Source: Obrimoposthia wandeli
Lineage: Eukaryota
NCBI GenBank assembly: GCA_977020255.1
Contig: CDROCS010001778.1
Location: 372,001-436,000, forward strand
Length of the DNA stretch: 64,000 nucleotides
Direction: 5' to 3'
Part shown: positions 61,100 to 64,000 of the stretch, in pieces
How the letters are laid out: each line of letters opens with the position of its first letter
How positions within the stretch are numbered: the stretch's first letter is position 1
The notes under the pieces: model-generated
Database searches by the model: none
Told to the model about the DNA's origin: nothing
What the model saw: only the letters and a program-made list of their open reading frames with translations
Position numbers and translations under genes: made by a program

Positions 61100-64000
61100 G
61101 ATATCCATGATATATTGTTAGGAACTGCTTGGTATCATTCAATGTAAGTGACTGTTTTTCTTCGGGTTAATCATCAATTTGAGCCTCAACACAATAAAAA
61201 TTATCAATCAACTCCACAATTCGGTTCGAGGCATTAAATGTTGTTCTTTTTTGATCAAATACATTTCTGAAGTTTGCATTTCAACTTCCATTTCAACTGA
61301 ATCATCTTTGGAATACAAAATACTGCACGACCAGTATGAGAGTATTCACCTACCGTCTTCGGCATGACTACTATTCTTAGGCCCCAATATTACACAGTAT
61401 CATAAATTTTCCGGTCCAAATTGTATTTTAGATTTTATGTTGAAATTAGAAGAATTAGGAACAACAATTGTCAAATCGTGGTATGATCTTAATGCTCATC
61501 AAGCAATGATCATGACAGGCATAGACTGGGTTAATTTTAATTCTTGTAGATTATGTTATTTGTGTTGTACCCAGTTTAAGTTTTTCAGAGATCACGATCA
61601 TGTTACGAGGAGATACCTGAAAATGGAGTGCAACCTTTGTAATCTTGGCCGTCAATTCACTAAAAACTACGCATTCCAATTGTGATTCATAATCTCAAGG
61701 GATATGATTTGCATCATATACTTAAATACGCGTTGGGTACATTAAGCTCTTGGAAAATTTCTTATATACCTCAAATGTCAGAGAAATATTTATCTTTAAT
61801 TAAATATACTCAATTCTGTAGTTTAAGATTCATAGATTCTCTGCATTTTTTGAGGGAGTTTTTAAAATGTTAACGCATCTTTAAATGCGTGACCAAATAC
61901 ACAGTCAGTGTTCTTAGCTTCAATAAATGATTTTTAAATTTCCCTAATTCCTATATTATGTGCCATTAAAACTGATTGCTCGGTTTTAACTCTTCGAACA
62001 TACAATTTTGCATCCAAAATATCAAGTCTAGGTTTTAGAATGTTCGTGCTTATCAAAGAAAAATTCCATTTATTACGTTTCAAACGAAGATGTACATTAA
62101 CACCAAGAATTAAATATTTCGGTTGTTCAAAGAAATTCAATCTCAAAGACCCACACATTTCGTAAGCTTTAGAACCTGCAATCCATTCTTTGCGAGTTGC
62201 AACCGTTTTATCATAACCAATGGTTGCCAAATTAGTATTTTGAGTATCAGTACTATAATTCAAAAGACTTTCGATCAACGCGTTATGAGCATAGGAAGAA
62301 TTTCCTCATTTCATTTTAATATTATTAAGAGTAACAATGGCATCATTAAATAAAAAATTAAAGAAGTAATTAACAGGTGTTACATCTGCATTTTCCTCTA
62401 AATTAGTACCACCTATATTTGTTATTTTTATGTGAACATAGAGCAAAGTATCATTCAAATATAAATAATCACTATTGGAACCATTAATATTAAATTCTAA
62501 ATCGGATAAAATGGTTCCTGAAACTGAGTTAACTAGACATATTTCTTCAAAGGAAACATTATCTACAACTACTTCCGAAAGAAGTTTATCAAAAATATAC
62601 AATTCAGTGTTTCACTCATTTTCCAAATATTGTACCTTCCTCTACCTTCTTGACTTTTACTTGATTTTCCTTTTCTAATTAAATTAACAACGTCAGGTAG
62701 AACATTATCAAGTTCATTAAGTGCATGCTTCTTAAAATTTGGTATTCCTTATGTGAAATGTAGTCCTTTCCTAATTTTGATATAAATCAAAGGTATTTCC
62801 AGTTAGACCAAGTTTTTAGCGAGTTCATCATTAAAAGAAACCAGTTTTATATTGCGCTTTACTGTAAACGTCAATGTACCCTTTTTAATGTTACATATTT
62901 ATCCAAATATTTACTGAATTCCTTCATTATAAATTTACATAAATTCACTTCGCTATCTATTTTATAATCTTTTGAAATCTTTTTCAGTTCCAGTACATAT
63001 TTAGATCTAGTTTCAGCTAACAACAGTTTTGCTTTTCTATCAGGAACTGTTCTAACCAATTTAGATGAGACAATGTCTCGTTTCTTATTATCTACTGCAT
63101 GTTTGCTATCAAAACCCAATAGAACAGCTTCATTTTTAGATTCAAATGTAAATTGAATAAATTCTTATCAATTTTTAAATACTACTTTTTATTTTATTTC
63201 ATATATTCTTCATATATACAATTGAAATATAATTTTCCTTTACTATCAAACCCAATCACAACATTATTTGCTTCATCAACTTCATTTCTTTTATAACCGA
63301 AATATGTGAGTTTTTTCTGATAGTATATGGAGAATAATAGCTAAATCTGTAAATGCAGCTTCCCATTCTCCGTGAAGATTTTTAGGATTTTATCCATCGA
63401 TAATAAAGCCTCTAGGATCATTATCCGACTGAGTCTTTGGGCACCCGTTACTAGGTAAAACCATATACAAATATTTCATATTATATTAAATGCTGATATC
63501 CAAGTTGGATCTGAATAACCATGCCAGTTAAGAAAGTATTGTTTATGTTTACCAGTACCATTTAATTTAATTTTTATTTGAATACGGAAAACGTTAGGTT
63601 TATTTGATATTACAAGCCAATTTTTTGTTGTTGCCAATTTTTTGTTGTTGCCAATTTTGAAACTCCTGTGTAGCCAATTGGATATTTTGGATTGAACCAT
63701 ATCTTCTCCATTACAACAATTTGAATATATAGAAAATTTAAATTTAGATAAAGAAGGGTTAGCACCCAAATCTTTAAGTGATTTTTGAAATAATTGTTTA
63801 TGTCCGTGTCACAGCTGTAATACTACTAATAGAAGCAACAACTGGTACAACAACCCTATGAAACTACCATTTTTAAGAATAATATTTTGTTTCCCATTCT
63901 TACCTTTTACATTAGCAATGTCTAGAAGAGTTTTTCTATATTTCTTTAATACATTTTTTCCATTTTACAATATTTACTCGACCCAAAACTATATTATACA
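61100..64000. mobile_element. Degraded Polinton/Maverick (adintovirus-like) element
   Basis: Plus strand: EndoVII-like RDHDHVT...CNL followed by pPolB HNLKGYDLHHI and LRFIDSLHFL (61437-61873). Minus strand: major capsid (FFEQPKYLILGVNVHLRLKRN; LEFNINGSNSDYLYLNDTLLYV...VTPVNYF, 61934-62602), minor capsid-like GEWEAAF (about 63350) and an integrase chromodomain-like KQYFLNWHGYSDPTW (63476-63769). Confidence 0.8.

Overview
Eukaryotic (animal) genomic DNA, very AT-rich, with GC-richer exons and short GT-AG introns. The species cannot be named from the sequence. The bacterial-style ORF track ignores introns and is mostly misleading here. There is one clear host gene, a complete 16-exon type IV collagen (alpha2-like, about 1766 aa, 31533-39178, +). 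A second spliced gene of unknown function is probable (minus strand, 57794-60805). The rest is dense, nested transposon material. This includes a Ty3/gypsy element (gag, PBS and 2-kb LTR at 1-5698) with four more related LTRs and an older short-LTR gypsy relic. It also includes pogo/Tigger, mariner-type, hAT/Buster (near full-length, MITE, relics), BEL/Pao, Chapaev-like and Polinton/Maverick remnants, plus a 28S rDNA fragment. The most unusual signal is the LTR family. Its conserved ends (TATA-like box, AATAAA, structured U5 with a motif complementary to the primer tRNA T-arm) enclose a 41-45 nt intron-like element and copy-specific tandem arrays. One of these arrays is a repeat-spacer array of 12 covarying palindromes. 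The collagen NC1 lacks both sulfilimine cross-link residues. All alignments were done by eye.
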